This document shows, one piece after another, positions 41,410-51,793 of a DNA stretch of 64,000 nucleotides. The stretch lies in the IMG/VR virus record IMGVR_UViG_3300014836_000691, positions 10,000 through 73,999 of that record; one strand, given 5' to 3'. Below the pieces are notes generated by a model. It saw only the letters and a program-made list of their open reading frames with translations, had not been told where the DNA came from and ran no database searches. How positions within the stretch are numbered: position 1 is the first letter of the stretch; each line of letters starts with the position of its first letter. This DNA is from a virus. Position numbers and translations under genes: made by a program.

Positions 41410-42252
41410 ATGGCTACGAGAAGCAAGTCGAGTGGCAAACTTGAGTCGGACGATGATAAGTTGACCCGCTTGCTTGCGGGCGATGTTGAAGCCATCTTGG
41501 AGAAGAGTCTGAAGGGTGGCAATCTTTCGGACAAGCAACTGGCAAAGTATTTTGGCGTTTCCGAAGCGGAAATTGCCAAGGCTAAGTCCGACTTGGAGGC
41601 TTGGAAGAAGCAGAATGAGGGAAAGCAAGTGCCTCCGATGCCCGATGCGGGACAAGATTTTAATAATCTTTTAGACGGACAGGGCGTGGTTGCCGTTTGG
41701 AACGAGTTATACGGTAAGACGCATAATCCAGATGGGACTCCAAAGACGGCAGGTTCTCAACCCGCTGGACAAACCCCTGCGACAGCCCCGCAAACCAATC
41801 CAGTCACACAGGCTACCCAGACTAAGGGTCAGCCTACAACCCCAGCCCAAGCAGCCGCCCAAGCCCAACAACAGGCTTCTGGTGCTAAGCCCGCCAAAGC
41901 GGGCAAGGGTGGTAAAGGCGGTAAGGGTGGTAAAGGTGATGAGGCTCAAGCGAAGGGTGAAAAGAAGTCCATCCCTTGGTATATGAAGCGAGGCTCTGGC
42001 TTTGCTCGTCTTGTTTTTGGCGGTGGTCGTGGTTCTGTTGACCCGCTTTATTCGACCTACGGAACATCTGGCGGTGGCTCTGGTGTCATTGCTGGCGGTG
42101 CGGCTTCCCTTCCAGAATCCGTCCAAGCCCTTATTGACAAGGGCAGAAGGCGTAGGGGCGGTTCTCCGTCCAAACCCTCCGCACCCTCCGCACCCGCTTC
42201 TGGTGGTGGTGGTGGTGGCTCAGCCCCTTCGGGCGGTGGCGGTTCTAAGTAA
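41410..42252 (+). CDS. MATRS-leader protein 6, low-complexity (Q/A/P/G, GKG repeats)
   Basis: MATRSKSSGKLESD. Confidence 0.85.
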   Translation: MATRSKSSGKLESDDDKLTRLLAGDVEAILEKSLKGGNLSDKQLAKYFGVSEAEIAKAKSDLEAWKKQNEGKQVPPMPDAGQDFNNLLDGQGVVAVWNELYGKTHNPDGTPKTAGSQPAGQTPATAPQTNPVTQATQTKGQPTTPAQAAAQAQQQASGAKPAKAGKGGKGGKGGKGDEAQAKGEKKSIPWYMKRGSGFARLVFGGGRGSVDPLYSTYGTSGGGSGVIAGGAASLPESVQALIDKGRRRRGGSPSKPSAPSAPASGGGGGGSAPSGGGGSK

Positions 42253-42289
42253 GCCCCATTAGTCCTGTTGACAACGAGCAACATTACAA

Positions 42290-42703
42290 ATGGAAGCCTG
42301 TTCGGAAGCCACGGAACATATCCTTAACCTTACCCACACGGTGGCTAGGTTGAAGCAACTTGCCAGCACGGAGCAAATCCAGCGTGGCAAGATTATCGAC
42401 ATTGGAGAAGATATGCTGAAGGCTTGGATGAACGGCGAACCGTATTCCGAAGTCTATCACGCTAGATGGGCTGAGGCAACTGACCCGAAGTCGCTCGAAA
42501 AGAAGTTCAAGCAAATCAACAAAGAGTTCGACAGGAAAGAACAGGAACAGCGTGAGCAGATGCAGATGACTGCTGAACAGAAGGCTAATCAGCAGAAGGA
42601 AAAGGAAGCAGAGGCGATTAACGCCGATGCCAAACTTCAGAAGGCTAAGAACTCGCTCAAGGACGCTGAGGACAAGGCTAACAAGAAGAAAGAGGGCAAG
42701 TAA
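42290..42703 (+). CDS. hypothetical coiled-coil protein, no leader
   Basis: ORF after TTGAC-N6-CAA at 42268. Confidence 0.65.
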   Translation: MEACSEATEHILNLTHTVARLKQLASTEQIQRGKIIDIGEDMLKAWMNGEPYSEVYHARWAEATDPKSLEKKFKQINKEFDRKEQEQREQMQMTAEQKANQQKEKEAEAINADAKLQKAKNSLKDAEDKANKKKEGK

Positions 42704-42705
42704 TC

Positions 42706-43629
42706 GTGGCTACAAGAGGCACATCCGCATCAATGGGGTCGGCGGTAACTCTTGCTTCTGATGCCAAATCGCTAGGCAAGGTGGTTGGCGATTACACCAA
42801 GTCCAAGGACTTGTTTGACCAATTTATTGCTAGGCAGGAAAAGATTGAGGAACGCAAACTGAACAAGGGCGAAGTCCTTAAAATCTTAGGCAACATCCTA
42901 GAGGATATCGACAATCACGAAGATAGGATGGAAAGATGGGAAAAGGAACTGAGAGACACCAAGTTTTACAACGATTACACCCGCAAGGAGGGTAGAGGGG
43001 GTAAGGACATTCCCGAAAGCGAATGGAAGCCCGCCAAGCCCCTCCCGACTAAGCCAGAACCGCTTTCTGGGACTGTTGCAGAGGTGGCTGATAAACTTAA
43101 TGAGTTCTTGGGTCGAGTCGCACACCACCAGTCTAACGATTCATCTTTCGCCAAGAATCCAGACGCTTTGGTTGAGGCTTTCAACGACCTCCCAGAAGTG
43201 ATTAAGCCGTTCGTGTTAGCCCCTAGGGGGCTGATTAAGAGGCTGTATAGGGGTGATGAGGCTGGCAAGTCTGAGATTGTGCAGGGTAGAGGGGTGGCAT
43301 CCTTTGCTACCACGCCTCGAAATGTAGGCTTCTGGGGTAGGTATGTTTATAAAGGCTCAGATATAGAGTCATTTGCTGGCATCATCGACACAGGTCGTAT
43401 CGTCAAGAACTTCGACTCTTACTCCAAGATTGGCGAACTGCTTGGCACTATCGCTAGAAACTCTATCGAAATAGGGGATGATGAGGACGAGAAGATTGTG
43501 TTTGGCATTAAGTGGAAGAAGAATGTCGGTGACCGAGATTGGATGGACAAAAACGGCAGAAAATCCGACACTTTTAAGGAAAAATACTACGAAAATCCAA
43601 GGTTAAAGGAAAACAGGTTTGACGACTGA
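42706..43629 (+). CDS. MATRS-leader protein 7, ADP-ribosyltransferase-like (R-S-E)
   Basis: MATRG...LASD; LYRG, VASF, DDEDEKIV. Confidence 0.7.
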   Translation: MATRGTSASMGSAVTLASDAKSLGKVVGDYTKSKDLFDQFIARQEKIEERKLNKGEVLKILGNILEDIDNHEDRMERWEKELRDTKFYNDYTRKEGRGGKDIPESEWKPAKPLPTKPEPLSGTVAEVADKLNEFLGRVAHHQSNDSSFAKNPDALVEAFNDLPEVIKPFVLAPRGLIKRLYRGDEAGKSEIVQGRGVASFATTPRNVGFWGRYVYKGSDIESFAGIIDTGRIVKNFDSYSKIGELLGTIARNSIEIGDDEDEKIVFGIKWKKNVGDRDWMDKNGRKSDTFKEKYYENPRLKENRFDD

Positions 43630-43635
43630 TGAATG

Positions 43636-43662
43636 GGGGCGTGAAAAACGCCCCTTCTTTTT
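43636..43662 (+). terminator. rho-independent terminator
   Basis: GGGGCGT-GAAAA-ACGCCCC followed by TTCTTTTT. Confidence 0.8.
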
Positions 43663-43702
43663 GCTCGTTGACAAACATTCAAAGATAACCACTATTTTAG
43701 TT

Positions 43703-44443
43703 ATGGCAACTCGCTCAACCAATGCTGGATTAGGTTCTGATTTTAGACCTAGAGGCTCTTTTTCCTACGGAACAGGAATCGCCGCACAGGTCGAGGCTGG
43801 CATCGACAAGGCACACAAGAACCGTGTTGGTGCAGATTCTTACGCTAAGTCCCTTTCGGACGATGCTCTTGCTAAGGCGTGGGAGGCTACAAGCAGAGAG
43901 TATGATAGAATGTCTAGGGGTGCGGACGAGTTTGATAAGGAGAACCCCGAAGCGGGCAACTTTGGCTCTGCTGACTCGTATGTAAGAATGGGTGCGGACA
44001 GTTACCACGACACCTACTACAAGCCAATCATCAATGAACTTTCTCGCAGATGGCTCAACACAGACGGAAAGCCCTTCTGGTTGGAATCTAGCGAACAGAA
44101 GAAATACAAAAGCCAAGGGGTTCAATACAGCGGTGAAAAACCTTGGGATTTACTACAGTATTATATGAACTATGAGGTGTCCCCTTCCGTTTCAATTAGT
44201 ATGCGAAGAGATGTTTCCAGAGGGTCTGGAAGCAAGGTTGATTTTAGCGGAGTCAGCGATGAAATTATCGCTAGGTCTGTCAAGATAGCCGAACAGGGGC
44301 TTGATGAGATTCGTAGAGAGTCGATTGAGCGTGATAAAAAGATTGGCAAAGACAACTATTACGAATCCAATTACCCCAAGGATTGGAAAGAGAACATCCT
44401 CGACCCTCTGGTTAACGAACTTAACAGACGCAAAAACAAATAA
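43703..44443 (+). CDS. MATRS-leader protein 8
   Basis: MATRSTNAGLGSD. Confidence 0.85.
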   Translation: MATRSTNAGLGSDFRPRGSFSYGTGIAAQVEAGIDKAHKNRVGADSYAKSLSDDALAKAWEATSREYDRMSRGADEFDKENPEAGNFGSADSYVRMGADSYHDTYYKPIINELSRRWLNTDGKPFWLESSEQKKYKSQGVQYSGEKPWDLLQYYMNYEVSPSVSISMRRDVSRGSGSKVDFSGVSDEIIARSVKIAEQGLDEIRRESIERDKKIGKDNYYESNYPKDWKENILDPLVNELNRRKNK

Positions 44444-44450
44444 TTAATTT

Positions 44451-45203
44451 ATGGCTACTCGCTCTCCAAAGGCTTCCACAGCCGCAGAACTTGGTTCGGA
44501 CATTCCTCGTAAGTCCGGCCCTGAGAACTTCAATGAGAACATTGAATATATGAAGAAGCGTTACTTTGGCGAAAACCAAGGTGCTTCCGCAAAGAAGGCT
44601 ACCGCTATCGTGGAAGGCATTGATGTTTCGTCTAAGACGAATGTTGACCTTAACCCCCTTCTTTACGCTAAGGCTATTACCAGAGTCCTTATGGACGACC
44701 TTGAGACGAAGAGTGGCAGAAATGTAGAACCTAATGGGCTAGTGGAAGTTGACGCTGAAGCGATGAAATACAATGTTGATATGATTTACACTAGCAGAAT
44801 CCACAATCAACTGGCTTCCAGCCTTGCTTTCAAGTTAACCACCGAACTTTTCAATACCGTTGGTGGCAATCAAAAGGAGGACAGTCCGTTTGCTATTGCT
44901 CCTTACAAGGAGAATGGGGTTAGAGTTGACCCGATGCAGATGTATCAAGACATTAGAAGCGTCCTTATGCAGTATGCGTCCGTCCACAGGGTTGTCAACA
45001 ACCTTGGCTTTGACGAGGGAGAGGACTCCGATAACAATCCAGTCCAGTTTGCCAGAGATACGATGCAACGCATCTACCAAGAGGTGAACAACTACGGTCA
45101 ATACGGTAAGGGTCAATTTGCTGAGATGTTCGATAAGGCTATGACTTCGTTCAAGTCCACACTTGAAAGCCCCGACTTCGACAGGAGAATCGGCAACGCT
45201 TAA
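44451..45203 (+). CDS. MATRS-leader protein 9
   Basis: MATRSPKASTAAELGSD. Confidence 0.85.
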   Translation: MATRSPKASTAAELGSDIPRKSGPENFNENIEYMKKRYFGENQGASAKKATAIVEGIDVSSKTNVDLNPLLYAKAITRVLMDDLETKSGRNVEPNGLVEVDAEAMKYNVDMIYTSRIHNQLASSLAFKLTTELFNTVGGNQKEDSPFAIAPYKENGVRVDPMQMYQDIRSVLMQYASVHRVVNNLGFDEGEDSDNNPVQFARDTMQRIYQEVNNYGQYGKGQFAEMFDKAMTSFKSTLESPDFDRRIGNA

Positions 45204-45212
45204 TGCAACTTT

Positions 45213-45905
45213 ATGGCAACTCGTTCCAATAAACAGGGTCTGGCTTCCGATGTTTCCTCGACTGGTCGAGGTGGCTTCTCCGCTGGTCGTGACCAAGCCG
45301 AATTGCTTGGCTCTATCACTCAAGCAAATGGGGCTAAGGACAAGGAAAGGACAAACATTTTCCGTGAAATTAGGGCTGGTCAAAGCGACAGAGTGTTTGA
45401 AAGCGTGACTTTCCCACAGGCGGTCACAAAACTGCTTGGCGACAACCTTGCATTTGAGGACTACGGCTACATTCTACAGTCTTTAAACTCTAGCGAAAGA
45501 ATGGGAAGTGGCACAGGCTATCAAGACAACGCATTAAATAGCGATGATTTTGAAGTAATCCTCAAACAAAGAGACAAATCTCTTGGACTGGTTGAAAACT
45601 TGCTCGATTATAACAACGGAAACATTGGTTATTCCGTTATTACGGATGCGGGAGCGTTTCCAAAGGGAGGCAATCCCAACAACGAGGCATCTGCCAAGGT
45701 CAGAAATGCCTTGTTTGATATGTATGAGGCTGGACAAAAAATGGAAAAGGCTATTAAAACCTACGAAGAGGTCAGAGATATGTCGGAAAGCCAGAAACTC
45801 AGAAGGGCAGACGGAACAGCCCTTTGGGGCAGGGCAAGAAAAGACCTTGCAAACGCATTAATTGATTTCAGAGAGGCAAGAAACTCCGTTAAGGAACAAG
45901 CGTAA
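45213..45905 (+). CDS. MATRS-leader protein 10
   Basis: MATRSNKQGLASD. Confidence 0.85.
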   Translation: MATRSNKQGLASDVSSTGRGGFSAGRDQAELLGSITQANGAKDKERTNIFREIRAGQSDRVFESVTFPQAVTKLLGDNLAFEDYGYILQSLNSSERMGSGTGYQDNALNSDDFEVILKQRDKSLGLVENLLDYNNGNIGYSVITDAGAFPKGGNPNNEASAKVRNALFDMYEAGQKMEKAIKTYEEVRDMSESQKLRRADGTALWGRARKDLANALIDFREARNSVKEQA

Positions 45906-45909
45906 TTTT

Positions 45910-46524
45910 ATGGCAACTCGTTCTAATAAGCAAAGTTTGGCATCTGATTCCGGCCCTTACGGTGGGGCTGAGTGGCGGGCTATGGAGGCTAAGCGTAGCG
46001 GTAGCGTTCCAGATTTCTCCGTTGCTGATATTCGTGAAATCGTAAGATTTTCCGATAGGCGTGAACAGGATAATTTTGAGGGGGTTGCCAACGAAATCAA
46101 AAACACCACCGCAAAAACAAGCCAAGATTTGCTGGATAATTTCTTGCATAGCGATTTTGCCAACAAGCAGTATAATTACCGTAAGGGATTCGGGGCCCTT
46201 GATTCCTACGATGTTTTCAACGGAACACAGGAAAACTACAATGTCCTTCTGGCATACAGGGACTTGCTTGCAAATGGGAACAGCAACTCTGGGACTGCGT
46301 TTGTGAAGTCCAAGGAAGAGATTGCTCAACTTGACGAAGCAATACTCAACTATGCTGAAAAAGCACGAACCGCCTATGAAGCCCTTGAGTATGGTCGTAG
46401 CGGAACTGAAGGCTCTGCCGAAGCACTTGAAAACTATAACAGGGCTGTTGCCTATGTGAGAAATACCTTTGCTGACATTATTCTCCCAACTAAGCGTGGC
46501 CCTAGAGTTGGCAGAGTGGAATAA
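45910..46524 (+). CDS. MATRS-leader protein 11
   Basis: MATRSNKQSLASD. Confidence 0.85.
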   Translation: MATRSNKQSLASDSGPYGGAEWRAMEAKRSGSVPDFSVADIREIVRFSDRREQDNFEGVANEIKNTTAKTSQDLLDNFLHSDFANKQYNYRKGFGALDSYDVFNGTQENYNVLLAYRDLLANGNSNSGTAFVKSKEEIAQLDEAILNYAEKARTAYEALEYGRSGTEGSAEALENYNRAVAYVRNTFADIILPTKRGPRVGRVE

Positions 46525-46527
46525 CCT

Positions 46528-47277
46528 ATGGCTACTCGCTCAACAGTCCAAGGTCTTCAGAGCGACCTTTCTAGAAAACTCAGAGACAAGGCTTCTGCAC
46601 TTAGAGAAGAAAATGAGAAGGAAAAGCAGGAGGTAGCCAAGACCGAGCAGGAATACAACGATACGGTTGAACAGGAGCGTATTCGCATTGAGGAAGAAGT
46701 GATGAAGGAGATGAAAGACCGTAAGTGGTCTGTTGATAGAGAAGCCCAAGAAAAGCGAGAAGCGGAAGCGAAACTGGCTGAAGAACAGGCAGTCGCAGAG
46801 GAAAAGCGTGAGCGTGAATTGAAATACAAATGGGAGGGGATGGTGGAGGGCATCGAAAGCAAGATTAAGAAAAACAATAATAAGATTAAGGAAGACTTCC
46901 TTACATTTGGAAGTAAAAACCTCCTTAATAAAGAATTAAAGTTCCCTATCGCTTGGAGTGATACTTTTATGAGAAAAGTTATGAAGGATGTTCCCGATGA
47001 AATAAGGAGTGCTGTGTCCCACTTATTTGAATCAACTTCTGAAGACCGCTTTGATTTTTCTAAGGCTTCTCAAATTGCTTACGCTAATGGGTCTGGAAAA
47101 TCAACGAGCCTTGACGAGCGTATTGAAAACCTTTCCGAGAAGGATGTTCCTTCGGCAGAGGAACACAAAGCAGGTCTTAAGAGCGTCCAAACCTTTGAAA
47201 AGTTCGTTCGTAAGATGCTTGCGTCCACCAAGGAGAAGGATTTGGCTTGGGACGAGGACGGCAATTACAGAGACTAA
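46528..47277 (+). CDS. MATRS-leader protein 12, E/K-rich coiled coil
   Basis: MATRSTVQGLQSD. Confidence 0.85.
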   Translation: MATRSTVQGLQSDLSRKLRDKASALREENEKEKQEVAKTEQEYNDTVEQERIRIEEEVMKEMKDRKWSVDREAQEKREAEAKLAEEQAVAEEKRERELKYKWEGMVEGIESKIKKNNNKIKEDFLTFGSKNLLNKELKFPIAWSDTFMRKVMKDVPDEIRSAVSHLFESTSEDRFDFSKASQIAYANGSGKSTSLDERIENLSEKDVPSAEEHKAGLKSVQTFEKFVRKMLASTKEKDLAWDEDGNYRD

Positions 47278-47281
47278 GTAA

Positions 47282-47708
47282 ATGATGGGCAACAAGACGG
47301 TAGAGCGTCTAAGAGGTATGAACAACAGCGAGTTGAACGCCGTTAGGCGTTCTCTTTCTGAGGTTGTAGCCGAACTCAAACTGGTAGAAAAGAACCTTCG
47401 GGTTTTGGTTAACCAGAACACCCTTGACTTGACACCCACCCTTCTCTCTCATCAAGATACTGGCAAACAAGAACGGCAACACGCCGCCGAGCAGACCTAC
47501 GAGGGCGTTCTAAGAGTCCGAGAGCAGGTCAAGGCACTCCTTATTGACAATCCACAACAATAAATACACAATGAGCAAAAAGAAAGACAACGGCGACAAG
47601 ACTCGCTATGTGATTGACGACACCTCTATCACAAACATCCAAAAAATCCTCAAGGCTATCCAAGAGGGCGTTAAGTCCCCGCCCAAGCCCGACAAGCCCA
47701 AGAAGTAA
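47282..47708 (+). CDS. two small hypothetical proteins without the leader (47282-47563, 47571-47708)
   Basis: ORF track plus hand translation MSKKKDNGDKTRY... Confidence 0.55.
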
Positions 47709-47742
47709 GCGAGGAGCGTCTGGTTGACTAAGCACCAAAAAG

Positions 47743-48810
47743 ATGGCGACCAGAGGCGTTAAAACATCATTCTCTATCCCCAATGTCTTGGCTTCGGATA
47801 CCGTCCAGCCCAAGGACATTAAGGATATGTCGTGGAAAGAGTGGAGTGCCTTAAAGAAGAGTATGGAAGGTCGAGTCTGGCTCGACTATCCCAGCCCCGA
47901 TAATCCCGACCAACAGAAGGCTAGAATGGATGCCTTCAATAAAATTGAGAAAATGGACAGGGAATGGGAGAAGGCAAAGCGTGATAAGGAGAAAGCCGAG
48001 AAAGCGGCTAGAAAGGCTGAGCGTGAGGGCAAGAAGAACGCCAAGGAGCAGGAGCGTAACCGCATCGAGAACCTTGGTAAGACGCTCTCCGAAGAACTGC
48101 TACCCAACGAGGTGGCGTTATCCCAGAACTATTACGACTATCATAAGGGTCAGCAGAGATACTTTGAAGGCACAGTCAGCGATTTAGGAAACGACAGCGT
48201 TAGCAAGGAAGTCAGAGAAAAACTCTATGTAGGGAGCAAATACGGCAATCATACCTACAAGGATAAGGACGGCAATCCTGTCCGTGAAATAATGTATGAG
48301 GTAAGACCCGGCCTCAAAGACTGGTTTGATGTTCAGCCCGATGGAGGCTTTTCGGGTAAACTGAGCAGGGAAGAATTAGCGGCAAAAGCCAAGTCCGCAG
48401 GAATGGAACTGGTTTACCACTATGGTCGTGATTACTATGCCATAATTACCAAGTTGCCGAATGGGACAATACAGAAGGAACTATTCCCGCCAGAAACTTT
48501 CACAAAGAACCAGAAGAAGAGCGATGTTCAAATCGCCCAAGAAGCGGACAGGGACGCCGCAATCAATGTGCAGATGTTCGTGAACAAACTTATCAGCAAG
48601 ACCGAAGAACTGGCTGGTAAGGGCGAGAAGGTTGGCTCAGTCAGATGGGTCGGAGCAGATTCGGGCGACCCTTGGGACGAAAGCACTATCCAAATCGAAC
48701 TGAACGATAAGCGAGTCACTTGGAAGACCAAGATGATTGATAATCGCTCCAAACTGGACAATCACTTTAACCAATGGCCGACCAGACTGGTTGGCGTATC
48801 GGAGATTTAA
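47743..48810 (+). CDS. MATRS-leader protein 13
   Basis: MATRGVKTSFSIPNVLASD. Confidence 0.85.
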   Translation: MATRGVKTSFSIPNVLASDTVQPKDIKDMSWKEWSALKKSMEGRVWLDYPSPDNPDQQKARMDAFNKIEKMDREWEKAKRDKEKAEKAARKAEREGKKNAKEQERNRIENLGKTLSEELLPNEVALSQNYYDYHKGQQRYFEGTVSDLGNDSVSKEVREKLYVGSKYGNHTYKDKDGNPVREIMYEVRPGLKDWFDVQPDGGFSGKLSREELAAKAKSAGMELVYHYGRDYYAIITKLPNGTIQKELFPPETFTKNQKKSDVQIAQEADRDAAINVQMFVNKLISKTEELAGKGEKVGSVRWVGADSGDPWDESTIQIELNDKRVTWKTKMIDNRSKLDNHFNQWPTRLVGVSEI

Positions 48811-48813
48811 TAA

Positions 48814-49680
48814 ATGGCATCGAGAAGTTCATCGTCAACCTTAGCGTCTGATGTTCGTGAAGAGCAGAACAAGAATCCTGCTATTCAGAAAATGCGGAAC
48901 GCATTTAGCACCGTCTTGGGCGAAAAGGATACCGAGGGTAATCGCAACGGTAGGCTGACGGTAAAGATGAGTGCGGAGGAGAGGACTGGTAATCCTAGTT
49001 GGTATCCAGACTCTGATTTGATGGAAAAGGAGTTAGGAGGCGAAATCAAGCCCCTCACCAACCCGAACTTCAAGAATGAGGGCGAGGATTCTATGCACAA
49101 ACTCGCTATGTCTTGGCGAAAGAACGAGTTTGAAAGCATCGCATTTTTCACGAAGGACGGAAAGTTCCTAGGTAAGACGCAATCGGCGTTTGACGACCCT
49201 CATCGGGTCGAAGTTCCCAATCGTCTTGCTTACCGTCTGAGCAAGGAGGACGGCGTTTCCATCCACAACCACCCGCAGAGCGACCTTTCGTTCTCGCACA
49301 CGGACATTCAGACTTGGCTTCAAGAGAATGTAAGTGAAATGATGGTTGTGAGTAAGAACTTTATTTATTCCATCCGACAGAAGGAAGACAACTCTGGTCG
49401 TGGGGCCCCTGTGGGCAAGCGAGACACCGGCCCTAGACCCTACCAGATTGCCAAAGAGTTTATCGACTCTCTGGGTGACGAGGCTGAAATCCGTAAGACG
49501 GTAGACTCTATTGCTAGGGCTGGCTGGATTGAAAAGGGCAAGAAGGTGTATGGGGACGAGGGTGGTGTCCCCAAGCAGATTGTGCCTTTCGCACATTGGA
49601 ACAGAATGTTGCAGAACCTTTCTGAGAAGCACGGCTTCGTCTACAAGGTCTACAGACTGCCCAAAGAACAGCCCGCCTAA
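48814..49680 (+). CDS. MATRS-leader protein 14, JAB/MPN metalloenzyme-like
   Basis: MASRSSSSTLASD; E...SIHNHPQSDLSFSHTD. Confidence 0.75.
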   Translation: MASRSSSSTLASDVREEQNKNPAIQKMRNAFSTVLGEKDTEGNRNGRLTVKMSAEERTGNPSWYPDSDLMEKELGGEIKPLTNPNFKNEGEDSMHKLAMSWRKNEFESIAFFTKDGKFLGKTQSAFDDPHRVEVPNRLAYRLSKEDGVSIHNHPQSDLSFSHTDIQTWLQENVSEMMVVSKNFIYSIRQKEDNSGRGAPVGKRDTGPRPYQIAKEFIDSLGDEAEIRKTVDSIARAGWIEKGKKVYGDEGGVPKQIVPFAHWNRMLQNLSEKHGFVYKVYRLPKEQPA

Positions 49681-49701
49681 GCACCTCATTGGTGCTTCTT
49701 T
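49679..49701 (+). terminator. probable terminator
   Basis: AAGCACC-TCATT-GGTGCTT followed by CTTT. Confidence 0.6.
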
Positions 49702-49741
49702 GCTCTATTGACAAGAACCAAAGGGCAAACCAGCATTCTTT

Positions 49742-50470
49742 ATGGCAACCCGAAGCACAGGTCAAAGTCTTGCGAGCGACATTGGTGGTCTTAACTACAC
49801 CAAGAAATACGAAGATAATCCGTATTCGTCTCCCAGAACCAATACGATTATGCGTATTGCTAGGGCTTCTGACGGTCTTACCCTTGGAAATACGGCGTAT
49901 GACGCTAGAGGAAATCGGGTAGGTTTTATTCGTGAGGATGGAACGATTGATAGTTCCGTTGCCGTCCCCCAGCAATCCCCGAAGGAGTTTGCGGCTACCG
50001 ACAAGGCTATCAAGGCTATGGCTGGCTCGTTTGTGGCTCTAGATAAGGGGATGAGGGTTGGAACACCTCTGGAATTACAGAAACTTGCGGTCAAACTGGC
50101 TAACGATTCTCAGAAGGTCTTGAGAAGCCTTGGATACGGTCTTGATACGGTTTCTTGGAACGACCCTCAGAGTGCTTCGGACTTTATCGCAAGGGTTAAC
50201 AGAGACGGCTTTACCTATGCAAAGGAGGCTTTGAGAAATTACTTTTGGTCGCAAGCAACAGGTCACGCGGCTTACGGACGAGAAATCTATGATGAGCAAG
50301 AGAAGAGTGTAACATTGGCTTCTGGTGCAGGGTCGGCAAGCGACCCAGAGGGTAATGTTGAAATCTACGAAAGCACAATCAACAATCCCAAGGCTAGAGC
50401 CGAGTATGAGTCTACCGTAAGACAGCAAAAGAAGTTCAACAACTACCGAGGTATGGTCAAGGAGGACTAA
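49742..50470 (+). CDS. MATRS-leader protein 15
   Basis: MATRSTGQSLASD. Confidence 0.85.
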   Translation: MATRSTGQSLASDIGGLNYTKKYEDNPYSSPRTNTIMRIARASDGLTLGNTAYDARGNRVGFIREDGTIDSSVAVPQQSPKEFAATDKAIKAMAGSFVALDKGMRVGTPLELQKLAVKLANDSQKVLRSLGYGLDTVSWNDPQSASDFIARVNRDGFTYAKEALRNYFWSQATGHAAYGREIYDEQEKSVTLASGAGSASDPEGNVEIYESTINNPKARAEYESTVRQQKKFNNYRGMVKED

Positions 50471-50473
50471 CCT

Positions 50474-51118
50474 ATGGCAACCCGAAGCACACCACAGGCT
50501 TTAGCAAGTGATGCCGTTCCACGGCAACCAAAGGAAAAGAAGATTTCCGTAGCAGAAAAGCGTCTGGCTTTCAAAAAGATGTATGACTTTTCTGGCGACA
50601 AGGAAACGCAGGGGGTCGCACAAAAACTTGCGGAAGCACCTCAGTCCGAAAGAAAGTTGTTTGTTGATTTCGTCAAAACCATCAAAGCCTATCAAGGCGA
50701 CCAGCATTTCAGAAAGAAGGGGTATCTTGAACGCCGTGAGGCTATTTACAAGGCATACGATGCCCTCCCCCAGTATGCCAAAGATGTCATTGGTAGACCC
50801 GAAGAATCCATAAAAGATTTGGTTCGTGGTGCTACCACAAAGGCTGAGGCTGGATTAAACGGAAAGGTTAACGCTTCTTTTGAGTTAAAGATTACATCCA
50901 CAGGTGTATGGGGCAACGACACAGGAACTCGAAAGGAATACACCGCTAACGAAATCAAATCTTTTGACGATATTATTTCCTTCCACAAGGCTTGGGAAAT
51001 AGCCAGCAATCTAAGTGATACAAGAGTGGTAAAGGGCAGTTCTCTGGACAGAACTGACGAATCTTACCAAAACGAGTTCTTGGTTACCAACATCAAGTGG
51101 AAAGACGGAGTTGTGTAA
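50474..51118 (+). CDS. MATRS-leader protein 16, ART-like
   Basis: MATRSTPQALASD; LVRG, NASF, YQNEFLV. Confidence 0.65.
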   Translation: MATRSTPQALASDAVPRQPKEKKISVAEKRLAFKKMYDFSGDKETQGVAQKLAEAPQSERKLFVDFVKTIKAYQGDQHFRKKGYLERREAIYKAYDALPQYAKDVIGRPEESIKDLVRGATTKAEAGLNGKVNASFELKITSTGVWGNDTGTRKEYTANEIKSFDDIISFHKAWEIASNLSDTRVVKGSSLDRTDESYQNEFLVTNIKWKDGVV

Positions 51119-51121
51119 TTT

Positions 51122-51793
51122 ATGGCTACCCGAAGCACAAACAAGTCGCTTCAATCTGACATTCAAGAACCCATCAGACTTACAGGCAGGTTTGTTCATA
51201 GAACAGTAGGCGAAGAGCCTAACAGAAATGCCGAGCAAGCCGTCAGAACAGATAACGCAATTAGCGAGTTGGAGTCATTAGGCACTCCTAACCCAAACAT
51301 TTCCGCTGAAGACTACGGCAAGCACTTTGATTTTTACACGGAAGACGGCTCTAAGGCTACCTTTGCCGTATCTCGTAATGCGTGGGATGACTCTTTCTAT
51401 CTGAGAACAATTGAAAGCGTATCTGGTAAGGGGGCAGGAACTGCCTTTATGAAAAAGATGGTAGAGATTGCCGACAAATACAATGTCCCGATTAGCCTTA
51501 ATGTAGAGCCGTTTACTAGAGATAGAAATGTTGAATCCACTCAAAAAGCCAGAGAAAGGGCTAATGAGGCTATAAAAAAGAACCGTGAAGAAGCGAAGGC
51601 TAGGGGCGAACTCCCCAAGCCGATGAAAATAGATTTTTCTGGTGGAGTAAAGGTAGTCTCCACGCCTTCATTTGATAAGATTGTAGCGTTCTACGAGCGT
51701 TTTGGCTTTAAGCACACGCCAAAAAGCAAAACTAAGGTGTCTGGCGACTATGTTATGATTCGCCAGCCTAATGGGGGCGAGGAAGAGGCTTGA
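51122..51793 (+). CDS. MATRS-leader protein 17, GNAT acetyltransferase-like
   Basis: MATRSTNKSLQSD; GKGAGTAFMKKMVEIADKY..ISL; VAFYERFGF. Confidence 0.75.
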   Translation: MATRSTNKSLQSDIQEPIRLTGRFVHRTVGEEPNRNAEQAVRTDNAISELESLGTPNPNISAEDYGKHFDFYTEDGSKATFAVSRNAWDDSFYLRTIESVSGKGAGTAFMKKMVEIADKYNVPISLNVEPFTRDRNVESTQKARERANEAIKKNREEAKARGELPKPMKIDFSGGVKVVSTPSFDKIVAFYERFGFKHTPKSKTKVSGDYVMIRQPNGGEEEA

